Source of the DNA: Pristiophorus japonicus
Taxonomy: Eukaryota
DNA length: 64,000 bases
Assembly: GCF_044704955.1 (NCBI RefSeq)
Contig: NC_091999.1
Location: forward strand, 28,830,001 to 28,894,000
Direction of reading: 5' to 3'
The notes under the pieces were generated by a model, which ran no database searches, was not told where the DNA came from, and was given only the letters and a program-made list of their open reading frames with translations. Each line of letters opens with the position of its first letter. The first letter of the stretch is position 1. This document shows positions 25,255 through 36,779 of the stretch, piece by piece. The translations under genes and the position numbers were made by a program.

Positions 25255-25562
25255 TGGATGTCCCATGCAGCGATTAAAAATCACTCTTCGCCCACCGTCA
25301 CTGGAACAGGTTTTACTGGAGGCCACGGTGACCTTAACGTACGTCGTGTCTGACGTTCCTTACGGGCTCACCGTGACCTGGACCCGAAAAAACGAGACTT
25401 TGAAATCAGAGATTGCCGTCCATCCCGGAGAGGATCCCAACAGTGTGATCAGCAACTTAAACATCTCGACAGAAGACTGGCTGAGTGGGGATAGGTTCTA
25501 CTGCGTGGTGAGCCATCAGGATATGTCGACTCCTCTCAGAGATTCCATCCACAAGGAAAAGG
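25255..25562 (+). pseudogene. IGHM: IgM CH3 exon; 1-nt deletion near the start and first Cys changed to Tyr
   Basis: [20 protein letters not shown]...[47 protein letters not shown]. The spliced frame reaches TAA after VDVPCSD. Donor GTGAGC at 25563. Confidence 0.95.
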
Positions 25563-26480
25563 GTGAGCGGGGAAATTGTTGCAATAATTGAGACACTGCG
25601 ACAATTTCGATGCGTGTGCAAGGGCCAATTGATTATATAAAGTGTTTAATGGCTACTCTGATCATTCAGGTTGGTAAATCCACCAACTCAGCACTCTGGG
25701 ACCTGACATTATGTATTTTAGGGGAAACTGGATAAGTCCATGAGCGAGAAAAAAATAGAAGGGTATATTATTAGGTTTAGATGAAGTGGGCTCGTAGGAG
25801 GCTTGTGTGGATCATAAACACCGGCATAGACCAGTTAGCCAAATCTCATCGTTCTGTGCATTAAATTCTTTGTCATTTTCCAGTCCAATGCTTCAAGATT
25901 TCAGAGAGAAAGATTACATTCCCTCGGATAAGGGATGGAAAACCAGAGAGGCAACAGAGGGGAAAAGGAAAAGCGTAAAAAATTAAACGCAGTGTCCATT
26001 TCTCTCACATCTAACCACCGGAAATTGGCTGAATTTAAATGAGGAAGGCGAGTTGTGGGCGTTGATCTCACAGGCCACCAGTGAAAACGGGAGGATTGGA
26101 AGCCGAGTGAGGAGGTCGCGGATCGCGGGGGGTGGGTTAGGCAGGGACCCTGGATTCAGGAGGTAGGTGTAAGGGCAATTACCACCTGGGAGCAGCAATC
26201 TCCACCTTGCTGTAACTGCTGAGATTTACAAAGTGTGTCAAACCGGACCAGCGACTGTTAAACACCAAATGGTGGTTAAAATAGAGGATTCAAGTCTCAT
26301 TTAAATATATTACTGAAATATAATATTACAACCGGAAGTGAGCGAGTTGAGGTAGGGATTCTAATTTTTACCAATTTAACAACCACCACGCCCAAAATGC
26401 GCCCGCTGTATTGGGTTGAAATTCCCCCATTGTCTCTGGAACTAACCAGTTCATTGGCCTTTGTTGTAACTGTTCTACAG

Positions 26481-26844
26481 CGAAAGATCCGCGGGAAGCG
26501 GCCGTGTCTGTCCTCCTGCCCTCAGCAGAAGAAGTCTCTGCTCAGAGGTTGGTCAGCCTCACCTGCTTAGTGAGAGGTTTCCCCCCCGAGAGATCTTCAT
26601 CAAATGGACCGTCAATGACAAGCCCGTGGATTCCGGCAACTCCATGAACACCGAGTTGATGGCGGAGAACGGCAGCAGCTCCTTCTTCATGTACAGCCTG
26701 CTATCCATTGCAGCCGAGGAGTGGGCGAGCGGCGCCTCTCACTCCTGTGTGGTGGGACATGAAGCGATCCCATTGATAATCACCAACAGAACCGTCAATA
26801 AATCCAGTGGTAAAGCATTTCCCTTGTTCTGATGGACACCTTCA
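26481..26844 (+). pseudogene. IGHM: IgM CH4 exon plus 5' part of the secretory tail
   Basis: [33 protein letters not shown] / [12 protein letters not shown]...[38 protein letters not shown]; frameshift in the C7 run at 26581; tail frame ISLVLMDTF follows a short deletion; internal TM donor G/GTAAA at 26809-26810. Confidence 0.95.
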
Positions 26845-27539
26845 TAAGAACATAAGAACATAAGAATTAGTAACAGAAGTAGGGCATCTTGCATCTCGAG
26901 CCTGCTCCGCCATTCAACAAGATCATGGCTGATCTGGCCGTGGACTCAGCTCCACTTACCCGCCCGCTCCCCATAACCCTTAACTCCCTTATTGGTTAAA
27001 AATCTATCTTTCTGTGAATTGAATACATTCAATGAGCTATCCTCAATTCCTCCCCTTTGCAGTAAATTCCACAGATTCACAACTCTGTGGGAGAAGAAAT
27101 TCCTTCTCAACTGAGTTTTAAATTGGCTCCCCCGTATTTTGAGGCTGGGCCCCCTAGTTCTAGTCTCCCCGACCAGTGGAAACAACCTCTCTGCCTCTAT
27201 TTTGTCTATGCCTTTCATTGTTTTAAATGTTTCTATCGATCATCCCTCATCCTTCTGAATTTCAACGAGTAAAGACCCAGTCTACTCAGTCTATCATCAT
27301 AAGGTAACCCTCTCATCTCCTGAATCAGCCTCGTGAATCGTCTCTGTACCCCCTCCAAAGCTAGTATATCCTTCCTTAAGTAAGGTGACCAAAACTGCAC
27401 GCAGTACTCCAGGTGCGGCCTCACCAATACCCTATACAGTTGCAGAAGGACCTCCCTGCTATTGTACTCCATCTCTCTGGCAATGAAGGTCAACATTCCA
27501 TTCGCCTTCCTGATTACCTGTTGCACCTGCAAACTAACA

Positions 27540-27730
27540 TTAATTGCCGGTGCTTTTAGTGTCCCCCTCCCCTTTTATAGGGGGCACTTGGAAAAAAATA
27601 TGTTTCTGTGCCCAAAAAACCCCCCCAAAAAATACCACAAAAAAATAAAAGGGCCTGTAAATGTGTGGTATTTCCCCCAGATCGGGGGGAGGTTACGGTT
27701 TAATGTTTTTTGTTTACTCCCAAAAAGAGT
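27540..27730 (+). mobile_element. Tx1-clade element 3'-UTR fragment (upstream tandem copy)
   Basis: Homologous to 34714-34868 (TTAATTGCCGGTGCTTTTAGTGTCCCCCTCCCCTTTTATAGGGGGCACTTGG...AAAAGAGT) with indel differences. Confidence 0.93.
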
Positions 27731-27746
27731 TTCATGCACAAGGACC
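27731..27746. repeat. 16-bp target-site duplication TTCATGCACAAGGACC (left copy; right copy 34869-34884)
   Basis: Exact duplicate of CR1 sequence on both sides of the full-length Tx1. Confidence 0.95.
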
Positions 27747-28670
27747 AATGGTGGAGCTTTGGAGGCGTGGCCTATGCACTTGGAGCCTAGCTGCTGTGAG
27801 AGAAGAAACTCCCTGCTTTAGCTCCCGTCTGGAAGGCCTGGAGTGAGCCCTGAGACCAGCCCAGGAACTGGAGGAAGGAAGGGGCTTCATTACCATTCAT
27901 CTAGAGTGAGAGGAGGAGAGCAGAAGACTGCAACACCTTCATTATTTCAACAAAGATTTGGAGAGAGGGGGGAAAAAGAACAACAACTTGCCAATGTGGA
28001 AGGAGGGAAAGACTTCTTCAGCCAAAGGTGGGTGTGTTTTGGTGCATTCACCAAAAAGACTTTGTTGTATCGGTGGGGGGAGGAAAGATGACCAATCGAG
28101 GGCCAGAACATCGCGGGGGGTGTGTGTGTGTGTGGAAGTGTATGTGGGGGTCTTGACTACAGCTAGGCCCACACACCACTGAAGCACCCCTCCCCCATTG
28201 CCTAGCCTGGGATAGCTGGAGCTACCAGGCTGAAGAAACTAAATCACCCTAATTAACATCGTTGGGAGTGTGTACCTGTGTGGCTCCAGCTGCCCCAGGT
28301 GAAGACATCTTCTGCCCCACCCGAAGTCAACCCCAAAGACTGTTTTGTTTGCCATCTGGGGAGTGCACCCACCCATTACTGTGAGGGGAGATCTGCCCTT
28401 GCAGCCTCCCTCTTTCCCACAACCCCTCACTCTATCTCTCTCTCTGTCTCTCCCCTCTCTCTCTGAGAGCCCTTCCTCCCAATTGGAAAAAAAAAAGACA
28501 AGAACAATTTAGACAACTGAGCAGAGGGAGCAAGGCCCCTCCCCAAATGCCAACTAGGGGAGAGGAGTGCCTCTTTCAGAGCTCCCGCTGTTAAATATTT
28601 AAACGAGGCCACTTAAGACAATTAAGGCATGTGACTTTGGGGTGGGTGTAGCCCTGAAAGGGACCCCGTG

Positions 28671-30797
28671 ATGGCGACCCCATCCACGCCGGTGGCAGGG
28701 CCAGCTAGGACTTATGCGCAGGTGGCATCCACATCCACGGCACCTCCTGCGCCTCCTTCTGCCCTGCCACCATTCAGACTGATAACTAAAAAACACGGGG
28801 TCAAGGGCTACACTAAACCCGCAATGAGCATTGAGGAGTGCGTGCGGGCGATGGCTGGGGTAGTCGGCCCCTCGGCCATTGTCGAAGTCTCCAAGATGTC
28901 TGGGAAGGCCGTGTTCTTCCTGGGGTCAGAGCGGGCGATGTCCCTGGCCATTGAAAAGGGGCTCATGGTGGGCGGGGTGTTCCTGCCGGAGGACCCTCTC
29001 GAGGCCACCGCGCAGAGGGTCATCATTTCAAACGTCCCGCCCTTTGATCCCGCTGAGCTCCTCCTCCCTCATCTACACCAAATGGGGGAGGTAAGGTCGG
29101 GGATCAACCCTATACCGCTCGGCCTCAGGGAGAACAGCCTGCGCCATGTGTTCTCCTTCCGCCGCCAGCTCTTTGTCCGGCTGGCGCGGGAGGAGACGAC
29201 GGAGGGCAATTTCAATGTGGTGCACGATTGGACTGCCTACCACGTCTTCTGGACGTCGAACGGCTTGCGGTGCCATGCCTGCAGTGATGTGGGGCACGTT
29301 CGCAAGAACTGCCCCGCCTCCAAAGCCGCCAAACCACCGAGGGTGGCCAAGGCTTGCGCCGCCGCCACCCCTCCCCCTAGTAGCGTCCACGTGCCGGGAG
29401 CCGTAGGTGCGCGGGCATCGTCGGAGGCCATTGTTTTCACGGCCTCCGGCGGGGGGGGAGGGACAGCGTCCGACCGGAAAGAAGGCACGGAAGAAGGCGA
29501 AACATCTAGAGGCGGGACCCCACAGTGCGCCAGACAATCTGTTTACCGCGCTCGGGCCAACCCCGTCACCGGCGAGCGCGGGATGCCCTGAGCCCGTGCC
29601 TGAGCCCTTGACCAGTATCACAGAGGCGCTCGGGCGCGGGCAAGAAAAGAAAAAGGGGGTGGGTGGAGCGGGAGGCCTCGGCAGACATGGAGGTCTCCCT
29701 GCCTCCACGCCCTCCCAGGAACAAAAGGAGGCGCCGCTCCAATGAGGCGGAGGGGGAACAACATCCCTCCGCGGAGGAGTCGGTGCCCGCCGCGTGTCCC
29801 GCGTCCCCCACCAGCGCCCCCAAATTGCGCTGCAGGCGTGAGGAATCTGTCCCCGGGGAGGGTGAGGCAGTCGAGGCTGCCCGGCCTCTGCCTCCCGGGG
29901 ATGGTGTGAATGATCTGCCTGACGAGGGGGGCGACGGGCCAGCGGTGGAATGCGTAGCCGCCGGGTCGAGCGTCCCCGGGACTGAGGCAGGCGGGGCCGA
30001 ACAGTCCGAACCTGAGCCCGCCCAGGTATTAATTATCTGCCCCCTAGAGTCGCTCGGCCCGGAAGAAACTGAAAATGGATTAATTTTAACGATTCTGTAC
30101 ACGCTGGGCCGGGGGGTGGCGGCGGGGAGGGGGAAGAACAACAACCTTCGCCACCTACTTTGGAGCTGGGGTACTTGGAGGACCTGGAACATTACTTTGA
30201 CCAGGTCTCTCCGTGTTCCGCGGTTCCTGGGGCGGAGGAGGAAACCCTTCCGCTGTTGGTTCCCGACCCAGTACCAATTTTAAAAGAGCTCAGTGGGGAC
30301 TCCTCTGCCGACGATCCTGGGGTGGGATTGGGGCAGAGCCAGGGCCAGATGGAGCGGCCGGGCCGTTTGCCATACCTCGTGCGGTCGACGAGCCGGCTGC
30401 TAGCGGCGACCTCCCGGAGGAGGACGGGGACTCGGTGGAGGACGCGGGTGAAGATCTCGAGTCCATCGCCAGTGAGGCGGTAGATCTCCTCGTGACCGCC
30501 GCTGAATCCCCCCTCATTCCCGTCGAGGAACTCCGGGACTTTTTGGTCCAGCGCCAGGGTCGCCGCAACCGAACCCATCTGGCCCGGGAAAGATGGTCTG
30601 AGCCGGGGCTGCTCATCGCTTCCGTCCGCGCCGCCGCTAAAACCATGGCCGTGGGCGGGCCCTTATCAAAGGCGCAAGGCCTTGAGCTGCGCCGGCTCAA
30701 AAGTTTCCTCACTGGGCTGCTGAAGGAGTGGAGGTCAACAAACGACTCCACTCCCACCCCCCACAATAGGTTAGGTAGAGGTTGCACTATGCTCTAG
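28671..30797 (+). pseudogene. Tx1 ORF1 (nucleic-acid binding, zinc knuckle), frameshifted
   Basis: TYAQVA, KHGVK, SKMSGKAVFFL, RVIISNVPPF, HVFSFRRQLF, CHACSDVGHVRKNCP, then a long low-complexity tail split over several frames; end approximate. Confidence 0.85.
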
Positions 30798-30799
30798 TC

Positions 30800-33700
30800 A
30801 TGAAGATAACCATAGCCAGCCTCAACATCAACGGCAGCAGAGAGGCACGACGTAGATTTAACAATTTTTCGCTCCTGCAGGAGGGGAAATATGCAGCGTG
30901 CTTCCTGCAAGAAACCCACACCGTTCCGGGAGACGAAGCCACGTGGATCCTGGAATGGCAAGGAGAGGTCCGCATGAGCCACCTCACTGCCACTTCTAGT
31001 GGGGTGGCCATCTTGCTGGCCCCGCATTTTCAGCCGGAGATCTTGGGGGTCGAGGAGCCCGTGCCAGGCCGCTTGCTGCACGGAACGGTTCGCCTGGGGG
31101 CGTGCCGCTCCACCTCGTGAACGTGTACGACCCTCAGCCCGGCCCGCAGCAAACGCGCTTCTTCGAAGAGGTGTCCGCTCTTCTTGGCTCCGTCGACGTC
31201 GGCGACTGCATTGTCCTCGGGGGGGATTTTAACTGCACCCTCGAGGCCAGGGACCCCTCCGGTGCCCCGCAGAGCATGACGGCGATGGAGAAGTTGTGGG
31301 ACCTGGTCGGGTCCTTCGACTTGGTGGACGTCTGGCGAAATCTCCACCCAGACTCCAGCGCCTTTACTTGGGTGAGGCCTGGAGTTGGATGGTCCACAGT
31401 CGACCGCCTTTACCTGTCTTGGGCGTACGTTTCCTGCGTCCCGGCAGCCTCCATGCGGCAGGTACCCTGTTTGGACCACCACCTGCTGCGGGCAGAGCTG
31501 GCTTCGCTCCGCGCGAGGACGGGGTCCGCGTACTGGCATTTTAACAACCAGCTGCTGGAGGACGTGCGGTTCCAGGACTCGTTCCGTCGTTTCTGGGCCG
31601 ACTGGAGAAGGAAGCAGGGGGGCGTCCCCTCCTTGAGGCTATGGTGGGACGTGGGCAAGGCTCACGTCCGCGTCTTCTATCAAGAGTACGCGAGGGGGTC
31701 GACCAAGAGGCGGGCGGCCAGGGTCGGGCATCTAGAAAAGGAGGTGCTCGACCTGGAGCAAGTCGTCGGGGACCCGGCCCTGCGGACGGTGTACGAAGCG
31801 AAGAAGGACACGCTGAAGGACCTGCAGCTCGTAGGGTCCCGAGACGTGTTCGTGAGGTCACAGATCCAGTTCCTGCGGGATCTGGACCGCGGCTCCGCCT
31901 TTCTTCTACTCGCTGGAAAAAAGACAGAGTGTCCGTAAGCAGCTCTTGACGCTGCTGGCCGACGACGGCTCTCTCGTCTCGGATCCGGAGGACGTCAACA
32001 ACAGGGCCATTGAATATTACGGGGCCCTGTTCTCTCTGGAGCCGTCCAGCGAAGAAGTGCATAGAGTTTTGTGGGAGGACCTGCCGAAGGTCAGCCCGGA
32101 GGGCGCCGAAAATCTGGAAGCTCCGCTAATCCTGGCGGAGCTGACCGGCGCCCTCGACCGGCTCTCGAGGGGAATATCCCCGGGTCTGGACGGGCTGACC
32201 GTGGAGTTCCACAGGGCGTTCTGGGAAGTCCTGGGGGGCGACTACGCGCGGGTCCTGTGGGAAAGTCTGGTGACCGGGGAGATGCCCCTCTGTTGGCGCA
32301 GGGCAGTCATTGTCCTGCTCCATAAGAAGGGCGATCTCCGCCTCCTTAATATCTGGCGCCCAGTATCCCTCCTCAGCACGGACTACATAATCATCGCCAG
32401 GGCGATGTCTGTTCGCCTTGGTGCCGTGCTGGACCACATGATCCAACCCGACCAGTCCTACACGGTCCCGGGCCGGACAATCCACGATAACATCCATCTG
32501 GTCCGGGACCTCATCCATTATTCCCCAGGAGGCTGGTCTGCCGGTCGCCTTCCTATCCCTCGACCAAGAGAAGGCGTTCGACAGGGTGAATGACGACTAT
32601 CTGCTTGGAACTCTGCGCGCTTTCGGGTTTGGGATGCATTTCGTCGCCTGGATCCGACTTTTATACGCCGCCGCAGAGTGTCTGATTAATGTTAACGGGT
32701 CCTTGACGGCGCCCCTTCGCTTTGGGAGAGGGGTGCGCCAGGGATGCCCCATGTCCGGCCATTTATATGCCGTCTGCGTGCAGACTTTCCTGCGCCTCCT
32801 GCGGACGAGGTTGACGGGACTGGCTCTGCAAGGGCCGGGCGTGGAGGTCGTCCTCTCGGCTTACGCCGATGACGTGCTCCTCACGGTAGAGGATCCCGCT
32901 GACCTGCGGAGGATGTGTGAGTGCCAGGAGATTTACTCAGCCGCATCCTCCGCCAGAATCAACTGGGAGAAATGTTCCGGACTCCTGGTGGGTCAGTGGC
33001 GGGTGGACTCCCTGCCGGAGGAGCTCACGCCTTTTGCCTGGAGCACGACCCATCTCCTCAATCTGGGAGTCTACCTTAGCCCCGACGAGGAAGTGTGGGT
33101 GGCGAACTGGCAAGAGCTGGGGGCCAAGGTCGCCGCTCGCCTAGGGCGCTGGACAGGACTGCTCCGAGTGCTGTCCTGCAGGGGTCGAGCGCTAGTCATA
33201 AACCAGCTTGTGGCCGCCATGTTGTGGTACCGGCTGGTCACTTTGACCCCTCCACCTGAGTTTGTCGCCAAGATACAGAAGAAGCTGGTGGACTTCTTCT
33301 GGAACAACAGGAAGCACTGGGTCTCTGCCACGGTCTTGAGTCTCCCGCTTGGGGAGGGCGGTCAGTTGTTGGTGTGCGTCAGCGCCCAGCTCGCGACTTT
33401 CCATCTTCAGACCCTGCAGAGATACCTTTACGTTGACCCCCCTCCCAGGTGGTGTGCTCTGGCGATGTCTTTCTTCCGCCAGCAGCATGGCCGCAACTAC
33501 GACACGCAGCTCCTGTTTGTGAGTGTGGGGGTCGTCAGGACCGCCCTCCGGGAGCTGCCTGTCTTTTACAAGGAACTCATCAGGGTCTGGAACAAAGTCT
33601 CCACCAAGCGGAGCTCTCCACCGGCTGGAGTGGCGGCCGTCCTGCAGGAGCCGCTGCTCGGGAATCCGTACCTCCACGACCGAGGTTTTAGGTGGCGATC

Positions 33701-34688
33701 GGATGAGCGTGCTTTGGCTGGTGAGGTGACCAGGGTCAGGGACCTGCTCGATGGCGGAGGAGCGGGTTGGATGGTGCCAGACACGCTGGCGCGGCGCCTA
33801 AATTCCGCCAACGTCCGCCGCGCGGCTGATGCCATCGAGTCGATAAAAACAGCTCTGGGCCCCGACACCATTAGGTGCATCGAGGAGGCTCAAGCACGCG
33901 GGGAGATCCCATCCGAACTGACCCCCGTCCGGACGGAATTCCTCATCGGCGCCAAACCCCGGAACCTCCCTCGGGGGCCGACGCCTCACAACTTGAGCCG
34001 CCTCGTGGAAATCCCCTCCGTGCCTTTCAGTTCTGCGCGGAGGGGTTTCCTGTACGGGCTGCTGCTGCACACTCTCAACTTTGCCATCCTTGCCTGCCGT
34101 CTGGACACGCCATGGCGTACCATCTTGCCGTCCAGAGGAGGCGGGGGTCCCCGATGGAGGGCACTCTACGCAGGGGTCCTCCCACTATTTGCCGGGGACT
34201 TGGCCTGGAGGGTGATGCACGGAGCAGTGCCGTGCAATAAATTTTTAAGCCGGTTCACGGGCTCCCAGGCCGCCTGCAATTTCTGCGGTCTGGAAGAGTC
34301 CGTGTTCCATGTTTTTATTGAGTGCACGAGGTTGCTGCCCCTGTTTTGTTATTTAAAGGAGCTGCTCCTGAAATTCTGGCTGCACTTCAGTCCCACACTC
34401 CTGATCTTCGGGCACCCTGTGCGGAGGGGAGCGGGTAGGTCCGAAGGCCTCCTCGTAGGACTGCTCCTGGGCACGGCCAAGGGGGCCCTCAGCCGGTCCA
34501 GGCAGCAGGCGATCGAGGGGGTCGTTCAGCCAGACTGCCTGCCTCTCTTCCGCGCATACATCCGGTCAAGGGTGTCCCTGGAGATGGAGCATGCGGTGTC
34601 CACCGGTACGCTCGTGGCCTTCTGCAAGAGATGGGCACCGGAGGGACTGGAGTGCATCATCACGCCCGGCAACCAAATTTTAACTTGA
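30800..34688 (+). pseudogene. Tx1 ORF2 (AP endonuclease, reverse transcriptase, C-terminal zinc finger) with three 1-nt frameshifts
   Basis: MKITIASLNING, FLQETH, LGGDFN, DHH, YWHFN, SPGLDGL, WRPVSLL, LDQEKAFDRV, GVRQGCPMS, AYADD, CNFCGLEESVFHVFIEC; shifts near 31100, 31900 and 32525. Confidence 0.93.
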
Positions 34689-36092
34689 TTTCATATTTTT
34701 AAGTTAATTTGTTTTAATTGCCGGTGCTTTTAGTGTCCCCCTCCCCTTTTATAGGGGGCACTTGGAGAAAAAATATATTTTTGTGCCAAAAATAAACCTT
34801 GTAAATGTTGGTGTTTCCCCCAGATCGGGGGGCACGGGTTAATGTTTTTTGTTTGCTCCTAAAAGAGTTTCATGCACAAGGACCCCCAGGTCCCTCTGCA
34901 TCGCAGCATGTTATAATTTCTCCCCATTCAAACAATGTTCCCTTTTGCTGTTTTTTTTTCCCTCAAGATGCATGACCTCACACTTTCCGACATTGTATTC
35001 CATCTGCCAAATCTTAGCCCATTCTCTAACCAATCTAAATTTCTTTGCAGCCTCTCTGTGTCCTCTGCACAACCCGTTTTCCCACTAATCTTTGTGTCAT
35101 CTGCAAATTTTGTTACACTATACTCTGTCCCCTCTTCCAGGTCATCTATATATATTGTAAACAGTTGTAGTCCCAGCCCCGATCCCTGTGGCACACCACT
35201 AACCACCGATTTCCAACCCAAAAAGGACCCATTTATCGCGATTCTCTGCTTTCTGTTTGCCAGCCAATTCTCTATCCATGCTAATACTTTTCCTCTGACT
35301 CCACGTGCCTTTATCTTCTGCAGTAACCTTTTGTGTGGCACCTAATCGAATGCCTTTTGAAAATCTGAATACAGCACCTCCATCGGTACACCTGTATCCA
35401 CCATGCTCGTTATATCCTCAAAGAATTCCAGTAAATTAGTTAAACATGATTTCCCCTTCATGAATCCATGCTGCGTCTGCTTGATTGCACTATTCCAATC
35501 TAGATATCCCGCTCTTTCTTCCTTAATGATAGTTTCAAGCATTTTCCCCACTACAGATGTTAAACTAACCGGCCTTTAGTTACCTGCCTTTTGCCTGCCC
35601 TCTTTTTTAAACAGAGGTGTTACATTAGCTGCTTTCCAATCCGCTGGTACCTCCCCAGAGTCCAGAGAGTTTTGGTGGATTTTAACGAATGCATCTGCTA
35701 TAACTTCTGCCATCTCTTTATCCCTGCGATGCATTTCATCAGGACCGGGGGACTTTTCTACCTTGAGTCCCATTAGCCTGTCCAGCACTACCCCCCTAGT
35801 GATAGTGATTGTCTCAAGGTCCTCCCTTCCCACATTCCTTTGACCAGCAATTTCTGGCATGGTTTTTGTGTCTTCCACTGTGAAGACCGAAGCAAAATAA
35901 TTGTTTAAGCTCTCAGCAATTTCTACATTTCCCATTATTAAATCCCCTTTCTCATCTTCTAAGGGACCAACATTTACTTTAGTCACTCTTTTCCGTTTTA
36001 CATATCGGTAAAAGCTTTTACTATCCGTTTTCATGTTTTGCGCAAGTTTACCTTTGTAATCTATCTTTCCTTCCTTTATTGCTTTCTTAGTC

Positions 36093-36150
36093 ATTCTTGT
36101 CAATGAGAATGTCTCGATTGCATTTCAGTTCTTAAATAAAAAACAATAAA
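36093..36150 (+). pseudogene. IGHM: 3' end of the IgM secretory tail (N)SCQ* with two AATAAA signals
   Basis: AT TCT TGT CAA TGA at 36093-36106 completes DTF-N-S-C-Q-stop when joined to 26844; AATAAA at 36135 and 36145. Confidence 0.9.
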
Positions 36151-36779
36151 AGGCTTTTCTTCCATCGTGAGTTAAACACACAGCCACTCAATTAATTATG
36201 TTTCCTATTTTGGCCAATGTGAGGGCTGTTTATCTGAAGTAGGGTGTTTGCGGATCTCGGTCCCAAGGCTTGTACAGCCAGCGCTCCCAGCTCAGATACA
36301 GCATGAGTTAGGAACTGCGTGGAGTTCTCTCATTACAGGATTCCTGAAGGTAACTTCAGCTGAGAGGGAGTAAATGGTAATTTTAACTCACTATACCTCT
36401 CACACGCACCAGCGAGAGGAGAAAGGGAAACGTATAATTCATGTAACCCCCACTGCCACTCCCGCAGGGAGATGGGAAGTGAACCACTCTCTTTTTAATG
36501 CACTAAGTTGCCATCGTACATTCTAACCCATGATCTAAAAATTTTAAATTTGCCATATGAGTATTATATTCTGAAATAACTATTTATTCCACATAATATT
36601 TTTAAATAGGCTTGGGGGTGCAACAGTCCCTGTTAATTGTAAACTAACATGTAGAATTCTAATGGGCCATGTCTAAACTGGTGACTGAATCCTCTCCGAG
36701 TTTCTCACAGTTGTGTCCCTGATGTTGCTGAAGCCCATCGGTTGAATTGTTGCATTCGTTCGGCTGATATCACATTGCG

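Larger units (their letters stand above)
27747..34868 (+). mobile_element. Full-length Tx1-clade (L1 group) non-LTR retrotransposon
   Basis: About 0.9-kb 5' UTR, ORF1 with CCHC knuckle, ORF2 APE-RT-zinc finger, short 3' UTR, 16-bp TSD; much more GC-rich than flanks. Confidence 0.93.
26843..36098 (-). mobile_element. 5'-truncated CR1 LINE (26843-27538 plus 34869-36098), split by Tx1 insertions
   Basis: (CATAAGAA)3 tail at 26843; ORF2 C-terminus in ORFs 26946-27532; RT in ORFs 34928-36103 (FADDTK, PQGS); reading continues DLGVLVHE...VSLQVQQ across the insertion. Confidence 0.95.
14683..36106 (+). pseudogene. IGHM: IgM heavy-chain cluster pseudogene (L-VD-DJ-CH1-CH2-CH3-CH4-secretory tail)
   Basis: All exons in order with mostly intact phase-1 splice sites; domains closely resemble shark IgM; stops or frameshifts in V, CH1, CH3, CH4 and tail. 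Confidence 0.95.

Noticed and set aside
25990-26430. Possible MITE in the CH3-CH4 intron (ATTTAAATGAG / CTCATTTAAAT)
   Set aside because: Inverted match too short to define an element.
14683-26844. IgW, IgNAR or TCR identity for the Ig gene
   Set aside because: Four constant domains with shark mu-type sequences and an SCQ* tail indicate IgM.
28800-34240. Many alternative-frame and antisense ORFs; possible bacterial contamination
   Set aside because: Expected in GC-rich sequence; the region is a Tx1 element with clean junctions in host DNA.
27540-34884. LTR retrotransposon interpretation of the terminal direct repeats
   Set aside because: No TG..CA ends, PBS, PPT or integrase; APE-RT architecture is non-LTR.
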